Part shown: positions 48,604 to 61,421 of the stretch, piece after piece
Position numbering within the stretch: the first letter of the stretch is position 1
Layout of the letters: each line of letters starts with the position of its first letter
Assembly (NCBI GenBank): GCA_001687465.1
Contig: LVLI01000251.1
Coordinates: 1 to 64,000, forward strand
Direction of reading: 5' to 3'
Source of the DNA: Halocafeteria seosinensis
Taxonomy: Eukaryota
DNA: 64,000 bases
Notes under the pieces: generated by a model
The model's database searches: none
What the model was told of the DNA's origin: nothing
Seen by the model: the letters and a program-made list of their open reading frames with translations, nothing else
Made by a program: the position numbers and the translations under genes

Positions 48604-49992
48604 TCATTCCCCTAAGCATTCTCCAATGGTTTTCTGAGCCAGTAGATAGCGTACCTCGATCTCATTGCTGAGGAATCGGATTACGTCCCTTGTCTCCACT
48701 CTTGACCCGTCGCGCACTCCAAGTTTGTTGAGTTCTCTAAGGCAACTGCTGACGTTTCGGGAGAGGATTTCGCTGAGTAGTTGCACTCCTCGTTCTCTCT
48801 TGCTTAATAGGGGTGGCATTAAAGCAAACCACTGGTCCGACGCCAATGTATTTTCGAACGTTTGCTTTCCTTGCCATGATGACTGGAGAAACCAGGATAT
48901 CGTTTCGCTGCCGTTTAGCAGTTTTGCCAAGGCACACACTGGGCGCTTCGAACCTGTTAATAAAGAGCAGGCCGCAGGCTTGTTTTTAAACACTCTAATT
49001 GGATAAAACATCTCTCTCAGATATTTGTCTCGATCACATAAACTAGTATGGTCATGGAAGGACCATGCTCCATTGTCAGCAGCTACGATCTTGTTATGTT
49101 CTCGGAACCAGTTCTTGGTCATATGCCGGTCGGTGTTCAACAATAGGTAATCAAGTAGATTGAGTTTAAATAAATCTGCCATGAACTTCAAATCCTTCTT
49201 CGCGCACTTAGCCTTGAACCAGCTTCTGGATTCTTCAATAAATGCCGCAGATCGCATAATGGAGCCAATGATAAGTGTATCGCCTTTGTATCGAAACAAA
49301 CACTTATGTGGTATAGCTGTTCTTCGTCCGCCTAGAACTAAGGCTTTCCTAGGGAAAGCGACACCAATTGTAGGATAACTTAGCTTGTATTCGAAAGATT
49401 TATCAAGTTCGTGCCCAACTATTTCAGGCCAAGCCTGATTGCCCCAAAAATAATTCAACGACGGCCGACAGGTCATCTTGAAATAGAACATACCGCATGT
49501 TGGAATCGAAAGACGCATCACGTGAGCACTGGGTCTCCCGTCTACGATGATTTTTCCTCGCAGCTCCGAAGGAAGTTTCTTCTTGGATTCCACATACGGT
49601 CTATAGAGTCCCAATGTTTTGCACCCCAGAGTTCTATCTTCACTGGGTATAGTGTCATTCGCCAGAGTCTGTTTCTCAGCCATCGTGATTTCAGTGTTCA
49701 GGGACGGCTTAAGGGATGTCATCTGCGATGATGAAACTTTTGTTTCCTCAGTAGAATTGTCTTTGGCGTTTGAATTACCCCAGGAAGCATTATAGAACCA
49801 TAAAGGCTGCCACGAAGAGTTGTCCATCACTCTGTCACTGTGCGCATCCAACCAAGCTGTGTAGAACGCCATGGAGAGGACCGGAATCAGTATGCTCACA
49901 GCCAGAATTCGGTACATGATTCGGCGGGACAGTAGTCCCCCTGCTTCCTTGGTTTCTTCATTTTTCTGTACGGCAAGTCGGTCAATGAGCAT
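48604..49992 (-). CDS. Secretory-pathway kinase, FAM20/FAM198/Four-jointed-like (type II membrane)
   Basis: N-terminal TM (ILAVSILIPVLSMAFY), FKMTC, WPEIVG, catalytic loop LDYLLLNTDRH..N and metal-binding DNG. Confidence 0.75.
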   Translation of the reverse strand: MLIDRLAVQKNEETKEAGGLLSRRIMYRILAVSILIPVLSMAFYTAWLDAHSDRVMDNSSWQPLWFYNASWGNSNAKDNSTEETKVSSSQMTSLKPSLNTEITMAEKQTLANDTIPSEDRTLGCKTLGLYRPYVESKKKLPSELRGKIIVDGRPSAHVMRLSIPTCGMFYFKMTCRPSLNYFWGNQAWPEIVGHELDKSFEYKLSYPTIGVAFPRKALVLGGRRTAIPHKCLFRYKGDTLIIGSIMRSAAFIEESRSWFKAKCAKKDLKFMADLFKLNLLDYLLLNTDRHMTKNWFREHNKIVAADNGAWSFHDHTSLCDRDKYLREMFYPIRVFKNKPAACSLLTGSKRPVCALAKLLNGSETISWFLQSSWQGKQTFENTLASDQWFALMPPLLSKRERGVQLLSEILSRNVSSCLRELNKLGVRDGSRVETRDVIRFLSNEIEVRYLLAQKTIGECLGE

Positions 49993-50599
49993 GTTGTCCG
50001 TCTTCAGCAACAAGGTGTGGCCAAAACCCAACGTGTTACATCTAATTCCTCACAATGTCGTCCATGTACGTGTTGTATGATTTGATTCGAGACTGTGTCG
50101 TATTATTGGGTTTGAATATAACAATCGCTTCTCCTACCTACTACTACTGCGTCGTCGTTCTCCATCAGACACTTCATGTGTTGCTTCGGCCAAGGAGTTT
50201 CAGCCAGCAAACCACTACTCTCGGTATTGCACGATGGACCGACGCATCTTTTTCAGCTCGTGGCTCAGCGAATAATAGCTTGTTGCTTTGAATAGACAGT
50301 ACGCCCAGTAATTACCTTATTATTTGATGGCACGGCAATCAATCGACATGAATCGAGAAGTCAGTGAGAAATCGAAGTGGGAAGTTCTTAGGTCAGTTGC
50401 AATCACACGGGGCACTCAGTCTCTGCAAACTTCAAAGGAAAACACAGCCACTCTATATGCAAGTCTCTATCTCAAAATGCCATGGCCCATGTGACAATGG
50501 CATGTGGCAATTCATTTCCAGGTTGAGCTTCACAAAGCAACCTGGAATCCAAAAAGGGTTGTTTTGCATTGTTCGTGTACGAGTTTCTTAGCATGCGAT

Positions 50600-51907
50600 A
50601 TGAGGAATAAGTTGCTCTGTAGTTTTTCTCTGTTCATCCTGGCTTTTTCTGTTGCGTTCCTATATTATGGCGAAATCTTGACCTCCGGTACAGGAATCGC
50701 ATCCCGTCCGTCTCAACGTCCTCGTTCAAGGCGTTCTCCTGTGCATAATGCAGGGGGTTCCAGAGCCACCGAGAGTGGACTCGATGGGCGCTTAAGCCAC
50801 ATTCCGGTAGATCAGTTGAACGAAAGTGTCGTTGATGAAGATGTCCACAAGTTGCTACGACAGAAACTGGAGAATCGACCTCGCTGGGTCGTGCATTCCA
50901 CTCCACTTCGAGGAAGTATGCCGAAGCTAATGGTTGGAGACGCGCAAGGACCGCAATTCATGTTCAAATTGACGTGCCATGTGCGAGAATCCGGTCAGAC
51001 ATTGACGAAAACGTACAATGAAATCGTATTCACAGCGTTGAAAAAGGTACTGTTTGGCCGCACCGAACTTCCAGCAACGGGCACTGTGTTGCCATGGGAA
51101 ATGTTTGACTTCAGCCATCTTGATATCAATACGAAAAACATGGTAGAAACTGTATCTAAGTTGTGTATATGGCATGTTGGGAGAACGAGCTTTCTGGCTG
51201 GAGTCATGATCCCATACGAGCACGACCTGGAAGAACTGACTACTGGGAATTGTTCAGGCTTTTTGACGAGCTCGCCAGATGGAAGCGCTATTCAGTGGAT
51301 GCTCGACGTATTACGGAATCAGATCGATAGAGACTGCAGCCATAACATATTTTTCAAACGCTCAACAGGGGAATTAGTCTTTCTAGACTTCGACGCAGGT
51401 GCTGACTTCGATGATAGCTTCTGCTCTGGTGTCGACGAGCGAACAGTTCAGCTTCCGTATTTCTCAAATTCTAAACCCGGCTCTAATAATGCGAGGTATT
51501 GTACGATACTTACCGTGGCTCTGAAACTCTGTAGCTCTTTTGCAGGTTTTCAAGATATTCGACAATCGCTGAAGTCTGCCATTGCTGGGGACGAGTGGTT
51601 CCAAGCGTTCTTGCCGTTTCAACTCATGCACAGTCAGTGGATGGATAATACCCCGGTGAGATCTGTACATGTATGCAATACCCAAACATTGTTGTGCACC
51701 ATTCAACGAGCGCTAGGACGATTCGCACCGATGGGAGCTAGCTGTATCAGAAAACAGTCTGTAGACCAATTGCACTCAGCTTCGGTTCTAGAGATTGTGT
51801 CTTCCATGCTGGCCGATGTCTACTCCTACCGGAGCAGCAAAGTACTTGGGAAATTGAAGAGCCAGTTAACCAGCAAATGTACAGCAACCTGGCATCCTGA
51901 TAAATAG
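50600..51907 (+). CDS. Secretory-pathway kinase-like protein, paralog of the divergent neighbour
   Basis: N-terminal TM (LLCSFSLFILAFSVAFLYY), FKLTC, YNEIVF, LDVLRNQIDRDCSHN and VFLDFDAG. Confidence 0.65.
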   Translation: MRNKLLCSFSLFILAFSVAFLYYGEILTSGTGIASRPSQRPRSRRSPVHNAGGSRATESGLDGRLSHIPVDQLNESVVDEDVHKLLRQKLENRPRWVVHSTPLRGSMPKLMVGDAQGPQFMFKLTCHVRESGQTLTKTYNEIVFTALKKVLFGRTELPATGTVLPWEMFDFSHLDINTKNMVETVSKLCIWHVGRTSFLAGVMIPYEHDLEELTTGNCSGFLTSSPDGSAIQWMLDVLRNQIDRDCSHNIFFKRSTGELVFLDFDAGADFDDSFCSGVDERTVQLPYFSNSKPGSNNARYCTILTVALKLCSSFAGFQDIRQSLKSAIAGDEWFQAFLPFQLMHSQWMDNTPVRSVHVCNTQTLLCTIQRALGRFAPMGASCIRKQSVDQLHSASVLEIVSSMLADVYSYRSSKVLGKLKSQLTSKCTATWHPDK

Positions 51908-51961
51908 CTACGCCAGTTTCCCGGAGGATAATGACTCTCGAAGATCAACTCAGACAGACGC

Positions 51962-54073
51962 TCAGCCATCCAGCGATTCACTGTAGTCACATCCATTGTC
52001 GGACGCTTCTCCCAGAACCCGCACTGCATGTTACGTGTAGCCAGCTCTATGAATTCTAGCACCACTTGTACCACTACGTGAATACTTACGAATGACGACG
52101 AGTTCCTCGTTAGCGGGCTTGACGGAGCCTTGCATAGATATCAAGGAACCAGTCTTACACCGCATTCTAAAATAGAATGACTCACAGGCTGAGACCTCGG
52201 AAGCAATCGGGGAGATGTTCCCGCCCTCATCTGCCTCTTTCGATATGTTCGAATCCTTCATGATTGGTTTGCCATTTTCTGCCCTGCCTTCACATGATTT
52301 GTCAGTGGATCTTGGACTAGTTTCCTCGCACAACGCAGCTCCCGGAACGTGGGCGGGTACTCCGTGACTAAGGTCGTGGCCGTCCGACTCCGGATGATCA
52401 CGGCCATTACCGGGATTTCTCTCTTGACGTTGCCTGGAACCCATTCCTTCCTCAACCTGAAACTCTTCTTCATCGGATTCAAAGCTTTGTCCACTGAATG
52501 CATTGTATCTTCGCAGTGTAGACAGCTGCCCCGGAAGGTCCAAAGAATGCTGCCCAAGTTGCAAAGGATTTACTGTAGTTCCCAAGAAAACCGCATTGGT
52601 TTGAAGCCCAGTACTACGGCCCTGTTCAACCGTTGATGTATTTGGGGATTCATTTGTGCTCTGGGAATGCCATGCCTCCAGAGGCCGGGGAGCTGCTGCT
52701 TTCGATTCCTCCATGGCTCGCTCTTCACTGCCGACACAGACGTCGGCCCGAGGAACCCTAGTAGATATAGGAGGCTGAAGCTCGGCGGTGCAACATGGTA
52801 AAATTTCTGAGACGACTTCAGTAGCATTCTTTGATTGAGCGGAATCAAATATTTCTTGAACACTGCTCAAAGCCGGTAACTGCTTATCTCGCCAACCTGA
52901 ATTTTCATAACTGGTTCTCTGCGATTCTTCCATTTGTTGTTTGCACTTCTTAAGTGCACATTCGACGTAATGTACATCCTTAGTGTCAACGAAGTCAGCC
53001 AGCTTACTGCTACAAAGCTCTCGAGGCCGCCATCCCGTCAGCGAATACGCAGATGCGCTGTTGTGGTTCAAGGTACAAAATGAAAAGGATTGATTACCTA
53101 TATCTCAAGCAAATACTTACCTAACGAATTGAAAGTACGGCTTCCCTTCGTCGTTGAGTTCTTGTATAGTTACAATCTCTCGAGTATAGCTCGAGACAAA
53201 ATCATGCACCGTTGCTAGTCCTCTCGACACTTGACCATTCATCCACGATATTATTCTACGTCGGAACTCTTCTCGCCCTCTGAGATCCCCTAAATAAAAC
53301 TGAGTTTGTAGTACCAATAGTATGAGCAGCTCCCATTGTATGACTTCGTGGGGACTCAGCGGGCGAACCATATAGTGGAACGTCAAATGCACGGCGAAAT
53401 CGAACACGTTCAGCAACGCATAAAAGTGAGAAGGCATGTCCCCAGTAATCAAAACTGCGGTCTTGAAGAATACACTCCAAATAGCCGAAGATCTTATGTA
53501 GATGTCTTCTTGTTCCTCCAGATAGATTCGCAAGAAGAGAAGTACGCAGGCGACGCACAGTATCGCCAGGCGGAGGGAAAACTGGGCTCGGGAAGAGCAG
53601 CGGCGAATGGGAAAGGTCAGTGGATAAATTCCAAGTGCAATAATTAACATTGTTGTACTGCATAGCAAAGAACCACCTTGAACAAACTGGAGTCATTGTG
53701 ATAGAAACACGGTGGGGAATTCTTACCCTCGAAGAAACACTCGTTCGGCACCTAGTTCGGCATTGTTAGCATAGGCGATCCAATCTGTCACCCAATAGTA
53801 GGATCCTATAATTACCGTCAGTATCAGACCCCATAAAAAATTATTTTGCGCATTTGCTGTTATAAGCCACTCCTGGTAGGATCGCTCCACGACGTTCGGT
53901 TCGAAACGGACATATACGGGCGGCACCTTGCGAATCGTAGGGGGGTGATGTTCGGATGCCTTTTTGTAGCATCCTAGTGCCGCTTCTTGAAGCTTCGCTT
54001 CGTAAACTTGTTGGATCGCATCGTGGTTTTGGCCATTCCGCGTTAGAAAATTACAATACCTGCCAAGATCCAT
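51962..54073 (-). CDS. Multi-pass membrane protein with split PAS-like domain, paralog 1 (4 exons)
   Basis: PPVYVRFEPNVVERSYQEW, several hydrophobic helices, RGREEF, then LTGWRPRELCSSKLADFV, a low-complexity insert and RMRCKTGSLISM. Exon ends approximate. Confidence 0.7.
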
Positions 54074-54628
54074 CGCTCTTTTCCTCTCTCTCTCTTGCTT
54101 CTAGTTTCCTGTGTTCTTGAAGCCGCAACCCAGCCGACGAAGCTACTCAGAACCAGTACTCCACAAACTCTAGAGATTTGAACGGCTCCTCAGCCGTTAT
54201 ACATACCGTCCTTGAAGGTACATGCCCCCCCCTGTGTCTCACGGGAGTGCGCGTCGAATGTACACGGAAACCTCAATCCTACGTGGATGAGTCAACTGCT
54301 GGCTTCCAGGAGCCACACGAATCAAATATTCCAGGTCGCAGGTTGCGACTGCCCCTGGGCTGCTAGAGAGAAAATACCAGACGCATCACAGAAAGCACGC
54401 AAAGAGGGGCATGTGAAAATTTGGTACATGTACTTGTATATTTTTATTCCGAGCCGCAGCGACTGCAGAAAAGGTTCTTTAAATTCAGCTTCCAAATCCT
54501 CCAACGGGGCACCGGAATGGAGGGTCGATGAAAAACTAGAATGGTTATTTGCATCATAGAAAACAATGCGGGACGATCTATGGCAAGCCGGAACGGAACG
54601 ACTACTGTAGACTCGCTCTTTTCTCTTT

Positions 54629-56551
54629 TCAGAATACAATGGAGCACGAGGGAACCGTTACTGCATGCAACAGGAGAATTTGTTTTGGCTTCCTGGGCAA
54701 ACTTACCAATCGCAAAGATCACTTACTAAGTGCAACTGTTCCATTTGGGGATTGCTTAAATGACACTTCGGCCTTTATAGCCTTGCCACTCTTTGTGAGT
54801 ATTTTGCAGCTATATTCGTCCGAGCACGAATGCGAACTACCTTCGCTATCGCTAGTGTCACGCTTCGGGGTGATTACGTTACGTTGCAAAGTAGAAGGAT
54901 CCTTCATCTCCTCCAGTGCATCCTGAGAGGGTTCGCATTCTGCGTTCTTTGCCAGCGTTCCGGGGAGAGGTAATTCTTCACTGCATCCAGAGTGGGAAAT
55001 GATCGTGCACTGAGTTTCAGTGGCTGAGTTCGTCCCACAGTGCGATACAACTCTCCGGTGCTCGGATGATTTTTCTCGCGAAACGTCACAGTCTTCGTTT
55101 ATTCTTCCATCGTCGGGGTGCTCATCAATCCGCTCTTCATGGCCACGGAAGACATGTTTTTCGGTTTCGGTGCCCAGTTTCCTTTCACGGGGAAGTATTT
55201 GATCGGCTTGTTCACTATTAGCAACAATACAAGACGATAAACGCTCATGTATCTCTAGAGCTCGATCCCATTCTTCTTCGGGAAAGCATTTTCTGTTCTG
55301 GCGCTTCTGGTATAAACGTTTGAAAGCAAGAGGGTCATCAACTTGGATGTGCGCTTCTTCCAGTCCTTTCTCAGTGACTGATTGTGCCGAGGAGTTGGAC
55401 CACTTAACCGTATCCTGGAAGCCTTTCAGCATTCGACGGATATAGTTTGTATTATCTTCGCTGACGAAATCTTCAACAGGGCGACCAACCATTTCACTAG
55501 GATGCCATCCTAGGAGTGCCAAACTCGATCGACTGCATAGGTAAGTGAGAAGTATTAATACCATCGCGAAACAAGGAAGCAATCCAAAACGCTGCCCTAC
55601 CTGACAAACTGAAAAATGTGCCCCTCGTTTCGCGAGGGTACACGGAGAAGAGTGACCACAGTATTCGTATGCTGCTCTACAAAGTCATGAATGTCAGCCA
55701 CCTCCTCGCCCACTTCTCGATGTAACCATGACACAACACACCGGAGGAATTCTTCGCGAGACTGCCAATCCGCAAGATAAGAGTATACCTGTAGCGTTAC
55801 AAACGCTAGGATCTCCCAAGGAATAATACTTTGAAGACTCATTGGGCGAAACACATGGTGCAAAACCAAGTGAGCCGTCGAATCGACCACGTTAAATACA
55901 GCATAGTATTGCACCGGATGTTGGCCGACAAGAAGCACCAGTGCTTTTAAAAACACACTCCAAATTGCTGCCGAACGTATGAATATCATATCGTGCGATT
56001 CCAAGTAGATCCTCCAGAATATCAGGATACTGATTCCGTTCGCTGCCATGAGTCTGATCAAGAGGCGCCATGACATCGAAAGGTTGCTGATCGAGACAAA
56101 TGACGGGTAGAGCGTGAACCCCAAAACTAGGATACATCTGTAAACACACAGCTATTACGTCACGGACATGCGAATTGAACCTGCGGAGGAATCGAGACTG
56201 TACGTACCCTCTCGAGACTAAGCGTTTGATGGAATCGGAGCTGCCTTCTTGCACCCAGTTCACCCAGTCAGTTGCCCAATAGTACATGCCAAGACAGAGC
56301 AGGATGACCCCCAGGCTCCTCAATGTTTTCCTCGAATTCTCAGCACCACTCCATTCGTGGTAGGCGTCCTCAACAGTGGCGTCCTCGAACTGGAGAAAAA
56401 CTGGGGGTTTCCGAGTCAATTTCGGCGGCTGTTTGTCTTTTCTGTGGTAGCAAGCGAATACTGCGCGACGCAAAGAGCTTTCGTACACCCCGACAAACGA
56501 GGGCATGACGAAAGCCCAAACGTCCTTGGAATAGTCCTCTTTGCGAGACAT
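54629..56551 (-). CDS. Multi-pass membrane protein with split PAS-like domain, paralog 2 (4 exons)
   Basis: PPVFLQFEDATVEDAYHEW, TM helices, QSREEF, LLGWHPSEMVGRPVEDFVSED, then CKILTKSGKAIKAEVSF. Exon ends approximate. Confidence 0.75.
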
Positions 56552-57164
56552 GCCGACCTCGCAAGGTAGTGAGGACGTGGAGGGTATACTACACTACCTC
56601 AATGCTATACCTGCTGCTTGTAATATCAAGGAAGGACCACCTCTCTCGTGTCGTGCAGTGTACTCTGAAAGGCCTCAAGGATAACCCAAATGGGACTAAC
56701 AATCCATGATTATCTATCCCACCGTGTTCTGCAGTACAAGTACAACTGTACCGAATCATTCCCCGGTCCGAATGGTATGTTCAGAGCGACCGAAACCAGT
56801 GCAAGATAAGTAAGGTAACAACAGAACCAAAGCCTATTGTCCTTTTCAGCAGCATAGGACAGGAAAACTAGCCTTTACTTACGCGCAAGGTAACAATGCC
56901 TATCTGCGGTGCTCGATGCAGTGGAAGAAACTATTCAAACGACAAGGGTGATAGGCGCAAAACGGTCGGTACCAGTACCAGTAGTACAAGGAGTTCGCTA
57001 CCTACGCGCTTATCAAAGTGAGTTCCATAGTTTTTTATGTAGGCAACTGTCAGCTGTATATATATGGAGCTGCCAGCTATACATTTACTACTACTGGGTA
57101 GAGTACCTTAGCGGTGCATATAAGAATCGTTCAATATCCTCCCCATTGAATACCTTAGAGGATT

Positions 57165-57166
<2 letters not shown>

Positions 57167-57202
<36 letters not shown>
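57167..57202. repeat. (GT)n microsatellite
   Basis: Uninterrupted GT run flanked on both sides by GGATTGAGT. Confidence 0.95.
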
Positions 57203-57204
<2 letters not shown>

Positions 57205-57257
57205 ATTGAGTCAGGCTCAGATCTTAAGATACTCGGGTTTCCACATGAACAAGATTT

Positions 57258-59117
57258 CTAGCCTTCGCTTGTGTAAATTTCCTTGAAGGCAGAGAAGCAT
57301 GTATGGCTTATGGATGCCGTAATCCCAATGTTGACCCATTCGCAATTGGAAGGAATACCTGTTACGGTACAAACACTGCAAGAACGTGCACCAAGTATCT
57401 CAACAAGTATCTAGAATATTCTGTAGCAAGCTCCCATAGATGCGTTATCAACCACTCACCATTTACGATAATGTCGCCAGCAGATCTCCGGAATGAAATG
57501 TATACAGAGGCCGTTTTGCCATCCTTCACATACATGCTGCAGCGGATGCATTCTGAGCAAGGTACCTCGGTACCCGGATCTTCTGGTAGATCCTCCTGGC
57601 ACATCCGACGTCCGGTATCCTTTACTTCAGTATTTCCCTCGTTTGAGGCGTGGAGCTCCTCAGCAACTGCTAACCGACCTGGAGTGGGGATTTCTCGAGT
57701 GGACTCTCCGGCATTAGGTCCCGCATCTTCAGTAACATCACTCCTCGATGAAGCCGATAATTCTTCATGGCTCCCGGATGTAGGGTCGGGAGCTACACGA
57801 GCATGACCTTCGGTTGGCTTTGCAGCCCGAGGAGCCCACAACAAGCTATCAGAGCCGGCAGTTAAGCTGGCGATATGTCTATGGATATGAAGCGTTCTAT
57901 TCCACCTTCCCTCTAGTGAGCTTTTCTTCTGAGGTAAGTTCCACACCAATTCATCGGTCTTTTTGGGGCTTCCATGTGAGTCATACTCTATCCGCGAAGT
58001 GGACATGAAGCTAGAAAGAATGTGATCAACATAGTCTCTATCCCATTCAGCAACAAAATCTCTCAGACGGTAGTTGAGTAGGTCTCGGGCTTGCCACCCT
58101 AACAATTTCTGAATGGAGGCACTGTTTAACAAGATTGTATATGACAGACATCCTGATAGAGAACAAAAACTTCTTAAGGACCTCTTACCTAATGAAGTGA
58201 AATCTATAGATTCCACTGGAGTCCATCTTCAGTAGTGTAACAGCATTGCAAGTATAGCTTTCCACAAAGCTATACACTTTGTTTATCTCTTCGCAAACTT
58301 CTCCATGAAGCCAAGAGAGCACGGATGAAGTAAACTCTTCTCTTGATTGCAGCTCCATAAGGTAGCAATATACTTGAAGAGTAGCCATCGCGGACAATTC
58401 CCATGGGACGATCGAATCCAGACTCATGGGACGAAACAAGTGATGAAGTACTAGATGAGCCACAAAGTCGAAAAGGTTGAACGCGCCGAAGTAGTGCGAA
58501 GGCGGCTGTCCTACAAGTAGCACTAAAACCTTCAAGAAAACACTCCAAATAGCGGTGGACCGAACGAAGAGGACGTATCTGTCCTCTAGGTAAATTCGCC
58601 AGAGCAACAAGAGGCAGAGCGCATTAGAAGCCATTAGTCGTAACACATACACAACCCGAGTTGACAGCTTCCCTAGAACATTAAACGAAGGATAGAGCGC
58701 AACACCAACCAACACCATGGATCTGCGCATACAGGAATACCCAAGAGCCTAACGGAAACATTAGGAAGATGCAACTTCGACGTACCCTCTCGAAACCAAT
58801 CGCTTTACAGCTTCGCTTCCACCATACACAATTAGCTCAAACCAGTCTGTGGACCAGTAGTAGAGACCTAAACAAACGATGACGGCGATCAACCCTCTCA
58901 TGGTTGTATACGAAGTCTTCGCCCCTTGCCACTCCCGGTACGCTTGTTCGACGGATTCCAGTTCGTAACGAAGGAATATTGGGGGTATTTTTTTAAGTTT
59001 AGGAAGATCCCCTCTGCCATTGTAATAGCAATGAAAGAACGCCTTCTGCAGAGACGCTTGGTACAGTCTCGACGGCTCTTCATCTCCGGAACTGGCCAGC
59101 ATCCTGCTGGTGTCCAT
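57258..59117 (-). CDS. Multi-pass membrane protein with split PAS-like domain, paralog 3 (4 exons)
   Basis: PPIFLRYELESVEQAYREW, TM helices, QSREEF, LLGWQARDLLNYRLRDFVAEWD, then CSMYVKDGKTASVYISF. Exon ends approximate. Confidence 0.75.
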
Positions 59118-60455
59118 TGGGTGTCGTGGGCTCGCAAGCAACTCAACTCTTTCGCTCGCTGGACGCGTAGTGTGTCAGCAAATCAACAACGGTATTGCGA
59201 CATTTTTCAGGTAATACCATTGCAGTGCAACCTCAACCATCTATTCAGCAGCTGGTCGGTAGTGCGGGGTGGGTCGCAATCCAGCAACGATTCAAGCAAG
59301 GAAGTGTTGTGAACAAGTTCCAGCCTCCAACACCAACACTACTACTGGTAGGAAGTGTAGGCATATCTCCACTCCATTGTCTGTACTTACTGACGCAGCA
59401 ACACATGTATGGAGCATTCTCCCAATACTCCGTACCTTTGAAAGAAGAACCATACCCCATGGTAAGGTGACGACGAAGTAACTGTAGGCATCGCTTCCCC
59501 GGAGGGGCAAACGGCCACCGTACATGTAGGTACATGAGCAGTGATTAGATAACAAGCGCATATATTCGCTCATACCCTATGCTATGAATATTTGAAAACC
59601 CCAGACAATGTCCGAAAAGAGAAGGTGCAGTCCGGACTCTGAGTATGTGTAGTTCACCACCCGGAGTACATGGAAATTCATATGGTAATGGAACACTAGA
59701 GTACATGTCCTCGTTGGACTACATGTACTGTAAGCGCTTCACTTTCACTGACGTTTCCCCGGGCTTGTCCGTACATTTTGTTAAATTTCCAAGTCCCGCA
59801 CAGTACATTCATCTCCGAATCCAATAGAATCAACAACACTCTGCAGCATACATACTGTACGTACATCGTTGGCTAACCAGGAATCCGCCATTGCAGCAAT
59901 GACGCAAAGTATGACTGCATTCATCAATTTCTACCTACTGTAAATGAAATTAGAGGTTGATTCCAAGGTCACAAGCTGGAAAGAAAGCTAGTCCCGTGCC
60001 TTCTTGGCATCATCATGCGGAGTTGAGTTGTAGGAGCCAAAGAGACAAAGGGAGCGGCAGTTGAAACGAATTGCACAACAGTCAAAGAAACGAAAGAAGC
60101 AAGTCGAGTCGAGTCGGTCAGACAAGCATTCAGAGAAGACGGAGCAGGAGTCTTCAGCGAGTATTGTGGAGCCATACATACGAGTGCCCACATGCAGTGT
60201 ACTCCCATTTCGTGGCCAGGTTCGCCGCAAGCCAAAAACTCGAAGATGATCAATTCGAACTCCAGAAGTTGCTGGAGGTATTCTGCAGATAACTAAGCTA
60301 TATTGTCTACTCTGTATACTGCACGAGTTCTGAAACTGCAAATTAGTAGCAAGCTTGTAGACGCGCGAACGAAAATGTGCAGGGCGTTGAATTATCCCCG
60401 AAAACACCAAAGTATATCTAGCATGACACTACCAGGTACTGTATCACTTAGCACG

Positions 60456-61421
60456 CTAATTCTTTTTCGACTGTAAAACGAAGTTCATCGTGTCATGGAT
60501 CTGCTTGTCATTTCCACCACTGTTATAGTTTCGCCACAGCGACAGCGCTTTTATCCCGTTCTTACTCATCATATAGTCTCTGATAGTGACGCATGGAACG
60601 TCATTCGCGATACGCGCCAAATTAAACCATATATCGTCTCCGAACGGAGCTAGTTGGAGAAACGTTGATTGATCCAATACCCACGGAGTCTTGTGGAACA
60701 TTGTCGGGTGATACAGAACTCCTCCCATTCCAGTAGACATTACGTACTTTTGCGGCACCCATCGTGGAGCATACTTCCGTTTCTCATAGCTCCAGTTCAA
60801 GACGTCTTCATCTTTCTCGACACCTCTCATTCTCCACGCTCTACCTGTCGCAGAGCAATTGTATACATTATACCCTAGCACCAAATTTTCCAAGAGGTAA
60901 GGATGATACCTGATATCGTCATCCACTTGTACAAGCAAAACATCCTCAGTCCACCTTTCACGGAGAATCGGAACGAGTTTTCGATAGGGACCGGTATTTT
61001 CTGCCCACTTCACTTCCACTCTCTCGTGAGTTCGAATCAAATCAACGAGTGCATGGTAACTCACCCCTTCCGAAGAAAACCCTGTGTCCTGCAGGTATGG
61101 CCCCCGGGACAAATACAAGAATATTTTATCGGGGAGAATGGTCTGGTGCAGCAACGAGTTTACTGCATCAAACAACTTTTCCTGTTTTCCTGCTATACTT
61201 GTAAGCGATACATACAATGGTCTCTGACCCAGATTAAGCGGCGATTTGCTGAATGGCACTGGCTCGAGTCCCCTCAATATATCGCCGTAGCAGATGAGAT
61301 CCTTTATATTGCGAGGTGCGTCAAGCAATGTCCGAGGCAATTCTGTTAAATAAAATATATTGAGCAGGGCTCCAATGACCAGCAAGGCCGTAAGCATCGC
61401 AATTCTTCTCCGTTTGATCAT
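60456..61421 (-). CDS. Type II membrane GT-A fold glycosyltransferase
   Basis: N-terminal TM, VSLTSI...SLLHQTILPDKIFLYLS, GPYRKLVP, DxD motif VDDDIRY, GMGGVLY and DDIW. Intronless. Confidence 0.82.
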   Translation of the reverse strand: MIKRRRIAMLTALLVIGALLNIFYLTELPRTLLDAPRNIKDLICYGDILRGLEPVPFSKSPLNLGQRPLYVSLTSIAGKQEKLFDAVNSLLHQTILPDKIFLYLSRGPYLQDTGFSSEGVSYHALVDLIRTHERVEVKWAENTGPYRKLVPILRERWTEDVLLVQVDDDIRYHPYLLENLVLGYNVYNCSATGRAWRMRGVEKDEDVLNWSYEKRKYAPRWVPQKYVMSTGMGGVLYHPTMFHKTPWVLDQSTFLQLAPFGDDIWFNLARIANDVPCVTIRDYMMSKNGIKALSLWRNYNSGGNDKQIHDTMNFVLQSKKN

